Source: a virus
Taxonomy: Duplodnaviria; Caudoviricetes
Virus record (IMG/VR): IMGVR_UViG_3300008459_000050
Span: 1-57,915 of that record
Reading direction: 5' to 3' (one strand)
DNA: 57,915 nt
Shown here one piece after another: positions 16,986-26,782 of the stretch (position 1 is its first letter; every line of letters begins with the position of its first letter). The notes below the pieces were generated by a model. The model made no database searches, had not been told where the DNA came from, and saw only the letters and a program-made list of their open reading frames with translations. Both the position numbers and the translations under genes were made by a program.

Positions 16986-19900
16986 TTATTCCTCCACGAA
17001 TGCGTAACCGTCCTTTCTGTTGATAACGATTTGTTTGTCTACGCATTCTTTTAGACTGTCAAGATGAGAAATAATAATAACTGTCTTGAAGTATGACTTA
17101 ATTAGTTCCAACATACGAATAAAACCAGACATATTTTCTTCGTCAAGTGCCGTACCGGGTTCGTCCATCAGGAAAATGTCACTGGTTGGCAAAGAAGTTA
17201 CACTAATAAGTGCAAGACGAATTGCTGTTGAAGCTAGTGTTTTCTCTGCTCCGCTGCCCATTTCCAGTGGACGAGGCTCACCATTAGGATGTTTAATCAT
17301 TATATCTAATTTATCATCATCATTTTCAAGATATATTTGAAAATCAACAATACTATTTAATATTTTTGCTATTTCTTCATTGATTGCGGGTAGTTTATTC
17401 TTGATAATTTCATAAGAAACACCACTTGGATGCATACATTTAAGGTAAAGATCGTATGCTGAGTATTGTTGTCTTGTTTGTTCCAGTTCTTCTTTCTGTT
17501 GTTTTAGAATTTCTATCTTTTGTTTTAGCGAACCTTGTTTTTTATAGAAATTAACTAGATTTTCTTCGTGAACTAGATAGGAACCTTTGGCTGATGCTAG
17601 ATTGGATTCCAACGAGCGAAGACTTTTCTTTAATTCATCCATTTTTTGGATAATTTCAAGATTTTTTTCTTGTTGTTGGAATTTTTCTTCATCAATTTCT
17701 AGCTGTCTCTTTATTTTTTCAATTGATAGCAGATTGTCAGATATTTTTAGATTGTTTTTGAGGATTTTGTCTTCTGTTTCACGTTGTTTCTTCTTGACTT
17801 CAACCAATTTATTGAAATTGTTAGTAGTTTTTTCATCGAGATCACTGTAACTATCATTAAGACTACTAAAATTGTCCCTATGAACTGACAGTGTTGCTTG
17901 GTCGTCAGCCATTTTTTCTTTAGCTTGGAAGGCGTCCTTAATGAACTTGCAACTGGTGAACTGATTGCCACAGGGAATATCCTCAAGAAGTTTTAGTTTG
18001 TGTGAATAACCTTTGATATTTGACTCTAGAGATTTGATATCTCTGTCCAAAACAGACATCTCATCTCTTATTTTATTTAATTTTTCATTATTTTCTAATA
18101 GTTCCTCTTCATTAACTAGCTTAGTAAAGCTATCAAGTTTATCTTTTAGAGTATTTAATTTTAAATTCTCTTCTTTGCTTGATTCAATGCTGGATTGTAG
18201 ATTATTTAAGCTATTTTTAGCGGCTGCAATTGAATTATGAAGTTTAAAGTACTCAGCTGCATCTACTGGGGATGCATTTAATTTATCTTTTACTTCTTTG
18301 ACTTCATCTTTTAGTGTCTCAATCTTCTTTTTATAGTCCTCAATAGAATTTTGTTCTTCAACGATAGAGTTATTAGCTCCAATTAGCTCTAGTTCGCTTG
18401 TTGTTATCTCTCTATCAAAGTTATTACCTTCTAGTTTCTTTAGAAGAGCTTTTAACTCTGCGCTTTCTTCTTTAGCTAACTTAAATTTCTTGTCAAAGAT
18501 TTCAAGATCAAGGAATTTTGCTAGGATTTCTTTACGTTTTGTTGAACCTTCAGAAATAAAGGATAAATAACCAAATTGACTAGCCATGGATGTTAAAAAG
18601 AAATCATCTACTGTTCCAAAATACTTACGAATTGTTTTATCCGTATCGTTTCTATCTAATCCATTAAGCAAACCAGAATCAGAAGTAAACTCTACTGTAG
18701 TTTTAGCTTCAGTTGTTGTAGTGCCTTTTAGTTTTTTAGTATATTTTTCAGAAGTTCTGTTAATTTCATATGTATTTCCATCAATTTCTATCTCAACCCT
18801 AGCATTTCCTTTATCTTTGTCTTGATTAATAACGTTTAGGTTTTTTCTATTGTTTTTAGAGGTTGTATTATAGACAGAATAAAGAAGCGAGTCAATAATC
18901 GAAGACTTTCCAGAAAAATTCTTTCCTAGAATACCAACAACTCCATTCAAATTTTCAAAATTGATAGAATTACCCTCTCCGTAATTAAAAAGATTATCCC
19001 ATTCTAGCTTTTTTAACTTCCATTTAACATTTCGTAGTGTTTCATCTGTATCTTCAACCATAGCTGAGAATTTATTGTTTAAATTAACAACTTTCTCCAT
19101 TACATCTTCTTCAGCTTTGTAGTCCTTTAGGAAATCACGGATTAATTTCTCTTGGACCTGACGATCGCGTAGATTTTCATTGTTTGAAACGATATCTGAG
19201 ACATTTTTAGCATTTGAGCTTGATGAAAGCGCCTTATTTACAAAAGATACTGATTCTGGATTGAAACGATTCTTGATAATATCGGTTGCACGCTTGATTT
19301 TCTCAAGTGAAATGTTTTTATTTGTTAAGATACGTACTCTTGAACCATCTTTTACGTCAATATCTGGGGGATTTCCTTCGTTATCTAGTTCAATTGTTAG
19401 ATATGGTTTAGGATTTGGAATAATGTAGTGCTTACATGAAAAATTATCTTTATCCTGAATATCCCAGATAAGAAAACCTTTATCATCATCCTCGCCAAAT
19501 GACCCCTGTACGGTTGATCCGGGATAACGAACCTTTCCTTCAGTGTCCATAATTTGATTACTTTTGTGAATGTCTGCTAGAAATGCGTAATCATGGCCTT
19601 CAAGAGCATTTATATTATGCTCACCATTATCTAAAGTAAATCCACCATCTGTTTTAGCTCCAGAGATAGCTCCATGATATAGTGCAATATTAATTTTTGT
19701 TGGATCTGATGGTTTTTTCCAGTTTTCTTCATCAAGACGGCTAAGAATATTTAGATTTACCTTATCATTTAGCTGATGTTCTTGTGAATATTTAAAAAGT
19801 GTCAGGTTTGATGAATTAATTGCGTTAACAATAGGAGAAATAGCATCAGTTCTTGTGTCATTTTTCAAATTAACGTCGTGGTTGCCTAGAATAATGTATG

Positions 19901-20117
19901 TTGGTGCAATCTCCGATAATGAACGAAGAAAATCAGTCGTCATTTGAACAAATTCTGGACTAATCTGTGTTTTTGTATGAGCAATATCTCCACAGTGAAT
20001 GATATAATCGACTTTTTCTTTACGTGCTATGTTATAAATTTGTTCAAATACTTGCTTAAATTCATCATGTCGCTTTAGGTTTAAAATATGTGTATCACCT
20101 AAATGTAAATATTTCAT
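16986..20117 (-). CDS. Fused Mre11/SbcD-Rad50/SbcC (gp47-gp46) nuclease-ATPase
   Basis: GDTH, GDIAH, GNHD, DIHK phosphoesterase motifs, then GKNFSGKSS, coiled coil, GSGAEK, LMDEPGTALD, IISH; GGAGGA SD before ATG 20117. Confidence 0.93.
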   Translation of the reverse strand: MKYLHLGDTHILNLKRHDEFKQVFEQIYNIARKEKVDYIIHCGDIAHTKTQISPEFVQMTTDFLRSLSEIAPTYIILGNHDVNLKNDTRTDAISPIVNAINSSNLTLFKYSQEHQLNDKVNLNILSRLDEENWKKPSDPTKINIALYHGAISGAKTDGGFTLDNGEHNINALEGHDYAFLADIHKSNQIMDTEGKVRYPGSTVQGSFGEDDDKGFLIWDIQDKDNFSCKHYIIPNPKPYLTIELDNEGNPPDIDVKDGSRVRILTNKNISLEKIKRATDIIKNRFNPESVSFVNKALSSSSNAKNVSDIVSNNENLRDRQVQEKLIRDFLKDYKAEEDVMEKVVNLNNKFSAMVEDTDETLRNVKWKLKKLEWDNLFNYGEGNSINFENLNGVVGILGKNFSGKSSIIDSLLYSVYNTTSKNNRKNLNVINQDKDKGNARVEIEIDGNTYEINRTSEKYTKKLKGTTTTEAKTTVEFTSDSGLLNGLDRNDTDKTIRKYFGTVDDFFLTSMASQFGYLSFISEGSTKRKEILAKFLDLEIFDKKFKLAKEESAELKALLKKLEGNNFDREITTSELELIGANNSIVEEQNSIEDYKKKIETLKDEVKEVKDKLNASPVDAAEYFKLHNSIAAAKNSLNNLQSSIESSKEENLKLNTLKDKLDSFTKLVNEEELLENNEKLNKIRDEMSVLDRDIKSLESNIKGYSHKLKLLEDIPCGNQFTSCKFIKDAFQAKEKMADDQATLSVHRDNFSSLNDSYSDLDEKTTNNFNKLVEVKKKQRETEDKILKNNLKISDNLLSIEKIKRQLEIDEEKFQQQEKNLEIIQKMDELKKSLRSLESNLASAKGSYLVHEENLVNFYKKQGSLKQKIEILKQQKEELEQTRQQYSAYDLYLKCMHPSGVSYEIIKNKLPAINEEIAKILNSIVDFQIYLENDDDKLDIMIKHPNGEPRPLEMGSGAEKTLASTAIRLALISVTSLPTSDIFLMDEPGTALDEENMSGFIRMLELIKSYFKTVIIISHLDSLKECVDKQIVINRKDGYAFVEE

Positions 20118-20126
20118 CAATCCTCC

Positions 20127-20159
20127 AAAATAAAAACCCTGCTGTTTTGAGCAGCAGGG
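20127..20159 (-). terminator. Intrinsic terminator
   Basis: CCCTGCTG-CTCAAAA-CAGCAGGG followed by TTTTTATTTT. Confidence 0.8.
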
Positions 20160-20161
20160 CA

Positions 20162-20190
20162 AGTATACAACAACTTAATTTTTAGTTCAA
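20162..20190 (-). promoter_or_regulatory. Sigma70-type promoter
   Basis: TTGAAC-17 nt-TATACT upstream of the Mre11-Rad50 gene. Confidence 0.7.
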
Positions 20191-20195
20191 CTACT

Positions 20196-20978
20196 TTATT
20201 TTCTTCTTAGCGCTGGACCTAGACCGAAGTTAATAATTCTTTCTTTAACAATATGCAGATCAGGTTTACCAGTTGTTGCTTGATAAAAGTTATCATCTGG
20301 GTAGAATTCTGTAGGATCTGGTGGATCTTCCTCTCTAAATTTCCTATCTCTCTCGTCAGCAAATTTCAAAACGTTATCTTTTATTTCTTGTTTGTTTGAC
20401 AGAGATATATTTTCTAATGCACCTAACAGTCCAGAAATATCCCCACCGCGCTGTAGATATCCTTCCATGTCCATATTAAATTGTTTATCGTTGTTGACAG
20501 AAAAACGTAGAACACTGCTTATAAATTGTTCTGGACTGTCAATGTTTTCACTGATACCTTGCTTTAGGTTCTTTTTATCTATATTATGTGGACCTTTTCT
20601 GGTATCTTCCTGATCTTGCCTTGATACACTATAGTTTGCCGCTTTGACTCTTGAATTATCGTCCATATTTGAAGGATATCTACCAAATGCTCCAATGTCT
20701 CTTTCTTTACCTTGTTTAAATAACCTAACCATATTATTATGGGTTTCAATTGCCTTTACAAGCGATTCAGAAGCCATAATATCTTTTGTTAAGTAATCTA
20801 TAGCTTGATACCATTTAATACCTAAGCTTTCTAGGTCGCTTTTTAGATTTTTTAGACTCTCTGGATCTGTTTGTTCATTGTATCTAACGTATGTTCTAAT
20901 AATATTAGATATTAGATCGTCATCTGGTCCTTTTAGACCTTCTTTCATGTTATTGTTTTTAATTTTTATTTTTATCAT
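20196..20978 (-). CDS. Hypothetical protein
   Basis: 260-aa ORF; N-terminal MIKIKIK...MKE. Confidence 0.7.
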   Translation of the reverse strand: MIKIKIKNNNMKEGLKGPDDDLISNIIRTYVRYNEQTDPESLKNLKSDLESLGIKWYQAIDYLTKDIMASESLVKAIETHNNMVRLFKQGKERDIGAFGRYPSNMDDNSRVKAANYSVSRQDQEDTRKGPHNIDKKNLKQGISENIDSPEQFISSVLRFSVNNDKQFNMDMEGYLQRGGDISGLLGALENISLSNKQEIKDNVLKFADERDRKFREEDPPDPTEFYPDDNFYQATTGKPDLHIVKERIINFGLGPALRRK

Positions 20979-20982
20979 GGTT

Positions 20983-21924
20983 TTAGATACTCATTATTTT
21001 GTTAATTAAGAAATAATCCGTATCTTTAATTAGTTTTGCTTTACTTTTACGTTCTAAAAATTCTTCATGTGACATATCGCCAATATCTTTATCTGCTGGT
21101 ATGTCTATTTTATATACTTCTGCGTCATAATTTAGCAAATCTTTTATTAACTTCTCTGCCTTTTTCTCAGCATCTGGATCTAATCCGATGTAGATAGCTG
21201 GGTCGTGTCTAATGATTTGCTTAAAGATTCTGGAATTTTCTCTAAGCGAGGAACCAAGAATAGGGATAGCATTTTTAGCTTTAATTGCGTCAAAAACTCC
21301 TTCAACGATTGTAACATCTTCACTCCAATCAATATATAGTTCGTTAAATATAAGATCTTTTTTAGTATCAGGGTTTAAATATCTTTTCCAATTATCTTCA
21401 TATGTTCTACCAACATAGTAATTTACTTTACCGTCTAAATTAAATGATGGAATAATGACTCTTCCTTCATATTCGCCAGATACTGCATAACCAATCTTCC
21501 AATTAATAATATCTTGCTTAGTTAAGCCTCTTTCTTTTAGATATCTTTTTGCTGGATAAGCTGTAATACTTGTTTCTTTATTACACAGTGATTGAAATTC
21601 ATCTGGCAACTTCAGAACTACTTCTTTTTCTTCTACTACTTCCTGCTGTTGAAAAATTCTTTCGTAATCATTTATTTCAATGATTCCACAAAGCTCATTC
21701 CATTGTTGTAGCTGTGAATAATTACCAAGACGTTTGATAATTCTTGCTAAATTTGGTGTTGACCAATCACAACTCCAACATTTAGCTGCATTTTTAGTTA
21801 TATTTACACTAAATTTTTTCTTACTATGATCGTTAAATGGACACTTGAAGAGTAATTCTTTACCTGATTGGTAATAGCTTCCTAGTATTTGTTCCAGTAT
21901 CTCTATTTTTTTTGTTTCTGACAT
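20983..21924 (-). CDS. DNA primase (Zn finger plus TOPRIM)
   Basis: CPFNDH...CWSC; YLKERGL; GRVIIP; IVEGVFDA; GLDPDA; DIGDM. Confidence 0.88.
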   Translation of the reverse strand: MSETKKIEILEQILGSYYQSGKELLFKCPFNDHSKKKFSVNITKNAAKCWSCDWSTPNLARIIKRLGNYSQLQQWNELCGIIEINDYERIFQQQEVVEEKEVVLKLPDEFQSLCNKETSITAYPAKRYLKERGLTKQDIINWKIGYAVSGEYEGRVIIPSFNLDGKVNYYVGRTYEDNWKRYLNPDTKKDLIFNELYIDWSEDVTIVEGVFDAIKAKNAIPILGSSLRENSRIFKQIIRHDPAIYIGLDPDAEKKAEKLIKDLLNYDAEVYKIDIPADKDIGDMSHEEFLERKSKAKLIKDTDYFLINKIMSI

Positions 21925-22433
21925 TGTATAAAGCCCGCCTTGGCAATAACATAGGAGTCAGCACGATCATAGACTCCTTTCTTTGCGTTACCATGGGCAG
22001 TATACTCCACCTTGAAGGTGGGTTCAAGTGCTAAGATATTTTTTAGCACGATTTCTTTTGCATTCTGGCCTTTTTCTATTTTGATACCAAGAGCTTTTCT
22101 TGCAGTTGAAGCTCCGATGTATTCTGGCTCTATTTCAAAAACTTCATTACAGATCCAAGATACGATTCCGTTAAATTTTCCGAGCAAAAGTATAACTTGG
22201 GCGCTGGACAATCCAGGACGAAAGGCGCTTAATGATTGCTCGATGAACACATGACGTATATTAAACAAATTTTTAATTTCTGTCAACTTATTTTTTACTT
22301 GTGATGCTTTTTTAAAGATTGTATCATTCTTTTTAGAAGTTAAATCGATTGCTTCATTATATAAAACAAAACCATCATCTCTAAGAACAGTAACACCAGT
22401 GATTGAAGTACTTATATCTAAACCAAGTATCAT
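21903..22433 (-). CDS. RuvC-like Holliday junction resolvase
   Basis: MILGLDISTSITG, FIEQS, DRADSYVIA. Confidence 0.85.
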   Translation of the reverse strand: MILGLDISTSITGVTVLRDDGFVLYNEAIDLTSKKNDTIFKKASQVKNKLTEIKNLFNIRHVFIEQSLSAFRPGLSSAQVILLLGKFNGIVSWICNEVFEIEPEYIGASTARKALGIKIEKGQNAKEIVLKNILALEPTFKVEYTAHGNAKKGVYDRADSYVIAKAGFIQCQKQKK

Positions 22434-22651
22434 TATGTTTGCTCGTTTGTAAACTTTTCTGGCCATATTGCTTTTGCTATCGCTTGTACTTTAGCATCTG
22501 CTGAACTTATGTCATCATTTACTGTATATGAAGTCCTGTGAAAACTTGAGGCTATTATTTCTTCATTTTTCTTTATTATAATAATTTCTCTGACTTGAAT
22601 TATATTATTTATTATTTCAATTTTATCTATTTCTTTTGTTTCAGTAAGCAT
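22433..22651 (-). CDS. Small tail-fibre-associated protein
   Basis: DKIEI...IQVR...SSFHR...D.S..DAKVQAIAKAIW pattern typically follows LDDYE tail domains. Confidence 0.6.
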   Translation of the reverse strand: MLTETKEIDKIEIINNIIQVREIIIIKKNEEIIASSFHRTSYTVNDDISSADAKVQAIAKAIWPEKFTNEQT

Positions 22652-22658
22652 TTTATCC

Positions 22659-23273
22659 TTATTTTGTTAAATATGATGAAAATACATAATATGTATCAAC
22701 TAGTATAGTTGAATCTTTTTCAAATTTAATTTCTGTATTAGTTATTGCAGCTGGTATCATATAATCACCTGTAGCATTAGATTTGTCTGGGGCGATAGTT
22801 ACTGTTGCTATAGATTCTGCTGCAAAAGGTAATCCAAGTATTTTGGATTGTGCTGATGAACTTAAATTATTTGTAATAGCGTTACGAACATTGCACCATA
22901 TATTAACTAATTTTCCTATTTTAACGTACTTAGCATTATCAAAAATAGGATCAGGTGTCCAACCAGATCCACCTTCAATTGGTGTCCATCTTCCATACTC
23001 ATAATCGTCTAGAAAACTACCAGAAATAGTTCCAGTTCCTCCTGTAGACATACCAAACTCTATGCCACCATTAGTACTTATGTTTATTTTATTTGTAAAT
23101 GTATTAACAGAACTAATATTAGAGCCAGTAATTGTTTGAAATATTCCTAACGAAGAATTAACCCCAGAAGAAGCTGTAAGGTTAGAACCATTTACAGTTA
23201 GTCCTTCTATTTTTCTTTCTGTTGCAACAACTTTATTTCTAATTCTTGAAAATTCTGATTCATTTATAGACAT
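22659..23273 (-). CDS. Tail fibre-like protein
   Basis: LDDYEYGRWTP...YVKIGKLV...GLPF C-terminal fibre domain. Confidence 0.7.
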   Translation of the reverse strand: MSINESEFSRIRNKVVATERKIEGLTVNGSNLTASSGVNSSLGIFQTITGSNISSVNTFTNKINISTNGGIEFGMSTGGTGTISGSFLDDYEYGRWTPIEGGSGWTPDPIFDNAKYVKIGKLVNIWCNVRNAITNNLSSSAQSKILGLPFAAESIATVTIAPDKSNATGDYMIPAAITNTEIKFEKDSTILVDTYYVFSSYLTK

Positions 23274-23282
23274 TTAACCAAC

Positions 23283-23873
23283 CTACAGTACATAACTTTC
23301 TGGATTTTCATTTACTGCTATTAATTTATATAAATCACCTGTACTTAACGCTGGGGCGTATATTTTAACCCACACTTCATCATTCAAAGATCCACTCTGC
23401 ACCAAATTCACCGCTATCAAATCATTCACCCAATTGCCATCTTCCTTCACTGTAACATTGATATTGATAAAGTTAAAGGAATCAATATTAAAAGCTGATT
23501 TTCCGTATTGTACTGCTGGTAATTGGACTTGTGCATACCCCTCAGTGTCAAAATTACCTGTTAGTTGATATCTGAGTCTTTTATAGGCATCAGATGAGTT
23601 ATTAAAACTAGTATCTACAGCATGGAATGCTTGATCTATATTATATTGACCTTGTGAAGAAGTAACTATATTTAAATTAATAAATGATTCTGTTGTTTTT
23701 GTATTTAAATTAGGTGTATATACTGAAGAACCAAAGATTGGAAGAGAGGAGCTAACATGACCAGCAGAAATTGTTCCAGAGACTTGAAAAAGTAGATTAT
23801 CGCTTGTATCTCTTTTTATTATTTGTTTCTTTGTGAGGAGGTCTGTAAGAACTTTAACTGGTTTTGTTGCCAT
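23283..23873 (-). CDS. Putative virion structural protein
   Basis: Beta-rich 196-aa ORF in the tail module. Confidence 0.6.
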   Translation of the reverse strand: MATKPVKVLTDLLTKKQIIKRDTSDNLLFQVSGTISAGHVSSSLPIFGSSVYTPNLNTKTTESFINLNIVTSSQGQYNIDQAFHAVDTSFNNSSDAYKRLRYQLTGNFDTEGYAQVQLPAVQYGKSAFNIDSFNFININVTVKEDGNWVNDLIAVNLVQSGSLNDEVWVKIYAPALSTGDLYKLIAVNENPESYVL

Positions 23874-23953
23874 TAACTTATTCCAATCTTATTTTTTATA
23901 CGTTAATTAGTTTTATATTAGATATACAACCATATATAGATTGATTTTTATCA

Positions 23954-23994
23954 TAAATAAACGGAAGGAGAACGGATTACTCCACTCTCCTTCC
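23954..23994 (-). terminator. Intrinsic terminator
   Basis: GGAAGGAGA/TCTCCTTCC 9-bp stem followed by GTTTATTTA on the minus strand. Confidence 0.7.
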
Positions 23995-24020
23995 ATTATA
24001 GCATCGATTGTATTGTTATT

Positions 24021-25241
24021 TTAGACGCCCAAATAATATCCAGCCAACACAAGTGTTCCGGTTATTTGAGTTCCAACATTTAAATTCTGTGTTCTCCACC
24101 AAACACCAGTATTTTGTCCAACTGCCTTACATTTACTTGATCCATTTGGAGTCTGTAGAGGGATTTCAATAAACTCAGTTCCAACTGTCATACTGCCAAC
24201 GGAACTATTAACTGCAAGATCATTAAATGGGAATCCAGATCCTGATAAACCTACTGAAATATAAGGACTGGCTGTGTTATCACCAGAAGTTGGAAAAAAC
24301 ATACAATTAGATGGTATAAATGTTCCTTTTCCTGTGTCTGTTGTAAAAAACAAGTTTTGAATAATATTGCCTGCTGATCCGCTTATAGTTGCTTTATATG
24401 TAGCATTTCTATTAACTGTGTCATATGTATATGTATTATCTATTGCTGTTAATTTACCTGTTGAATCAGCATATACAGCTCTTGTTGAATTACTTTGTAA
24501 ATCTGTTACATTTACTGAGCCGGATACAACTACCTTATTTGTATAAACTTCAAATATATTACTTCTTTTAGGAAAAGGAAAAATAAATTGATCTCCATTT
24601 CCAATTAACATTAATGCAGTTGAGCTTGTTTGATTCAATATTCCTTGGACGTGCTGATGTGAAGCAGAAGCAATCGTATCAAAACCCTCAGAATGAGAAT
24701 AATCACCATACGCTATAGTCCCAAGCCCTTCTGCGTGTGAAGAATATCCATAAGCTTTTGTGGTGCTTCCTTCTGCGTGAGAATTATCGCCATGTGCTTC
24801 TGTGCGACCTCCCTCTGCATGTGAAAATGCACCAGAAGCAACAGATCCACTTCCTTCAGCATGTGAATAAATACCAGTTATATTTAACAATACTCCATTA
24901 GCAAATGATCCACTAATAATATTTGTGTTTGTAAATATATTTGAAGCTGTTAAAATAGCAAATTCTGTTGAATTTATACCATCTAATTTATCAGCATTTG
25001 AAGCTGTTCCAGTCAGATCTCCTTTAAAGCCAGCAGATGCTGTAACAGTAATAACAGATAAATTGTCAGGAATATTAGACGATGGTAAATTTGTTAATTG
25101 TGACCCATCACCTTTAAATGACCCAGTAACTTTTTGATCAACTTGATCGTTACGAACAAATTGAGTGGAACTAAGCCCATCTAAAGTATTTGCATTAAGA
25201 GGTGAAGGTAGTTTTGTTTTAGGATTTGTTATACTGGACAT
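24021..25241 (-). CDS. Tail fibre/adhesin with YadA-like SHAEG repeats
   Basis: Two NAxxLDG repeats, GDGSQLTNL, five 14-aa-period SHAEG repeats. Confidence 0.75.
   Translation of the reverse strand: MSSITNPKTKLPSPLNANTLDGLSSTQFVRNDQVDQKVTGSFKGDGSQLTNLPSSNIPDNLSVITVTASAGFKGDLTGTASNADKLDGINSTEFAILTASNIFTNTNIISGSFANGVLLNITGIYSHAEGSGSVASGAFSHAEGGRTEAHGDNSHAEGSTTKAYGYSSHAEGLGTIAYGDYSHSEGFDTIASASHQHVQGILNQTSSTALMLIGNGDQFIFPFPKRSNIFEVYTNKVVVSGSVNVTDLQSNSTRAVYADSTGKLTAIDNTYTYDTVNRNATYKATISGSAGNIIQNLFFTTDTGKGTFIPSNCMFFPTSGDNTASPYISVGLSGSGFPFNDLAVNSSVGSMTVGTEFIEIPLQTPNGSSKCKAVGQNTGVWWRTQNLNVGTQITGTLVLAGYYLGV
24643..24870 (-). repeat. Coding tandem repeat with 42-nt period (SHAEG beta-roll)
   Basis: YSHAEG/FSHAEG/NSHAEG/SSHAEG/YSHSEG/HQHVQG. 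Confidence 0.85.
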
Positions 25242-25244
25242 AAT

Positions 25245-25703
25245 TTAGTACACCTCTGTTACAGCAACAGTCATTGAAGCTGATGTAGCAATTGCTGATG
25301 AGCTTGGGACAAATATCATGTGTTTTAATGCTGATGTAGAAGGATCTGCAAAATAAGTAGCTCCACTATCTAACATAATTGAATAGCTTGATGGAGGTGC
25401 TGTATTGTCAGTTATTTCTCCAAATGTTCCACCAGCGGCAGACATTAAAATATAACATTTACCAATATCTGAGTTGTTTTGTATTACAATGCTTTTTCTA
25501 GTTTCAGCAAACTGTGCAACTGTTGGAGTCTTATTATCATCCCAGTTCCATCCAGACGGACCATTTGTATAATATAATGTATTGCTTGAAGTAGTAACTG
25601 TTGAAACTATTGAATGATTGGAAATATATCCATAACTAGAAGAATTTACTTGTAAACTTTTTAATGTTCCATTTCCATCTTTTATATATAAACTTTCAGA
25701 CAT
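25245..25703 (-). CDS. Putative virion structural protein
   Basis: S/T-rich beta protein, GAGGA SD. Confidence 0.6.
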   Translation of the reverse strand: MSESLYIKDGNGTLKSLQVNSSSYGYISNHSIVSTVTTSSNTLYYTNGPSGWNWDDNKTPTVAQFAETRKSIVIQNNSDIGKCYILMSAAGGTFGEITDNTAPPSSYSIMLDSGATYFADPSTSALKHMIFVPSSSAIATSASMTVAVTEVY

Positions 25704-25716
25704 TTTATTTCCTCTT

Positions 25717-26781
25717 TTATCCTAGAATCATCACAGCATATGAATCAACTGGTATAATTTCACCCATATCTATTGTTATTTGGTTTAAATCATTATAACC
25801 AATAGCAACTTCAACTTGTGAAAAGTCGGAGTCTGGGAGATTTTCTCTAACTCTTACAAGAATATCTTTTGAGTTATATCCATGAGTTAATGTATAGTTT
25901 GAATTTATGCCATCACCAATTATAAAAACTTTTTTAACAAGTACAGATGTCGAGAGTTGTTTAACACCAATATTGTTCTGTGGTAGTGTTCTACCTCTGC
26001 CCTGATCATCTTCACCAACAAACATAAGAGTTTCTTTTGGAAACTTTAATTCGACTGCGTTTTCTTGTTCTATTATCTGTGGTTTCTCTTGATTTGCACC
26101 TTCACCAATTAAATACCCAAGAACCTTAACATTTATTGTACTTTTATATTTTCTTTCTTCTTCACCAAGATTTATTGCTTCCTGTTGAAAGTTTTGATCC
26201 ATGAAAGATTCATAACGATAACCATCTTTTTTAATTAGGAAATAATTCTGTGCAACTCTTGACATGAAAGGTTGCATTATTTCATTCATCTGTGATTGAT
26301 AGTTAGTTAAGATATTTATTTTATATTCAACTGTTACATATACTGGGATAGGTACTGAAATAAATTTATAAACTTGTTTTTGATTCTTTTTTGAAGTTAC
26401 GAAATTTATTTGTCCACGAGTTTTTAATGTATCTGTGTTAGCAAAATTAGCTGTTTTATCTTGATTTAGTACTTTAGCATAAACATATCTGTCGTTATTT
26501 GGTGAAAGATTGGATTGAAATGCACCTTTTTTATTTGGATCTTTTGTTACGCTGGATCTTTCAATAGATATAATAGGAGGAATCAGTGAACCATTTTTAT
26601 CTCTTAGTTCACGGTTGTTTTTTATCTGGTATGCTCGTTCTGCTGATGACCAAATTACAGGAACCTTATCCCAGCCGTTTATTGTATTACAAAATAGGTT
26701 TAAACCCTCCACATATTCTAGGAAGGCACCGTCAATTGTTTCAATCGTACTTGGTAAAGTTTGTAAAACTTGTTCACTCAT
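25717..26781 (-). CDS. Tail completion/sheath-stabiliser (gp15-like) protein with extra C-terminal domain
   Basis: KVPVIWSSAER, PIISIER, PVYVTVEY...QMNEI, K.T..VKVLGYL. Confidence 0.6.
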   Translation of the reverse strand: MSEQVLQTLPSTIETIDGAFLEYVEGLNLFCNTINGWDKVPVIWSSAERAYQIKNNRELRDKNGSLIPPIISIERSSVTKDPNKKGAFQSNLSPNNDRYVYAKVLNQDKTANFANTDTLKTRGQINFVTSKKNQKQVYKFISVPIPVYVTVEYKINILTNYQSQMNEIMQPFMSRVAQNYFLIKKDGYRYESFMDQNFQQEAINLGEEERKYKSTINVKVLGYLIGEGANQEKPQIIEQENAVELKFPKETLMFVGEDDQGRGRTLPQNNIGVKQLSTSVLVKKVFIIGDGINSNYTLTHGYNSKDILVRVRENLPDSDFSQVEVAIGYNDLNQITIDMGEIIPVDSYAVMILG

Positions 26782-26782
26782 T

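Noticed and set aside
20118-20162. N-terminal extension MPCCSKQQG of the Mre11-Rad50 ORF
   Set aside because: Runs through the terminator hairpin; the SD supports ATG at 20117
24643-24870. 42-nt periodic repeats as a CRISPR array or DGR
   Set aside because: Degenerate at synonymous positions and in frame as SHAEG protein repeats; no cas or reverse transcriptase gene seen
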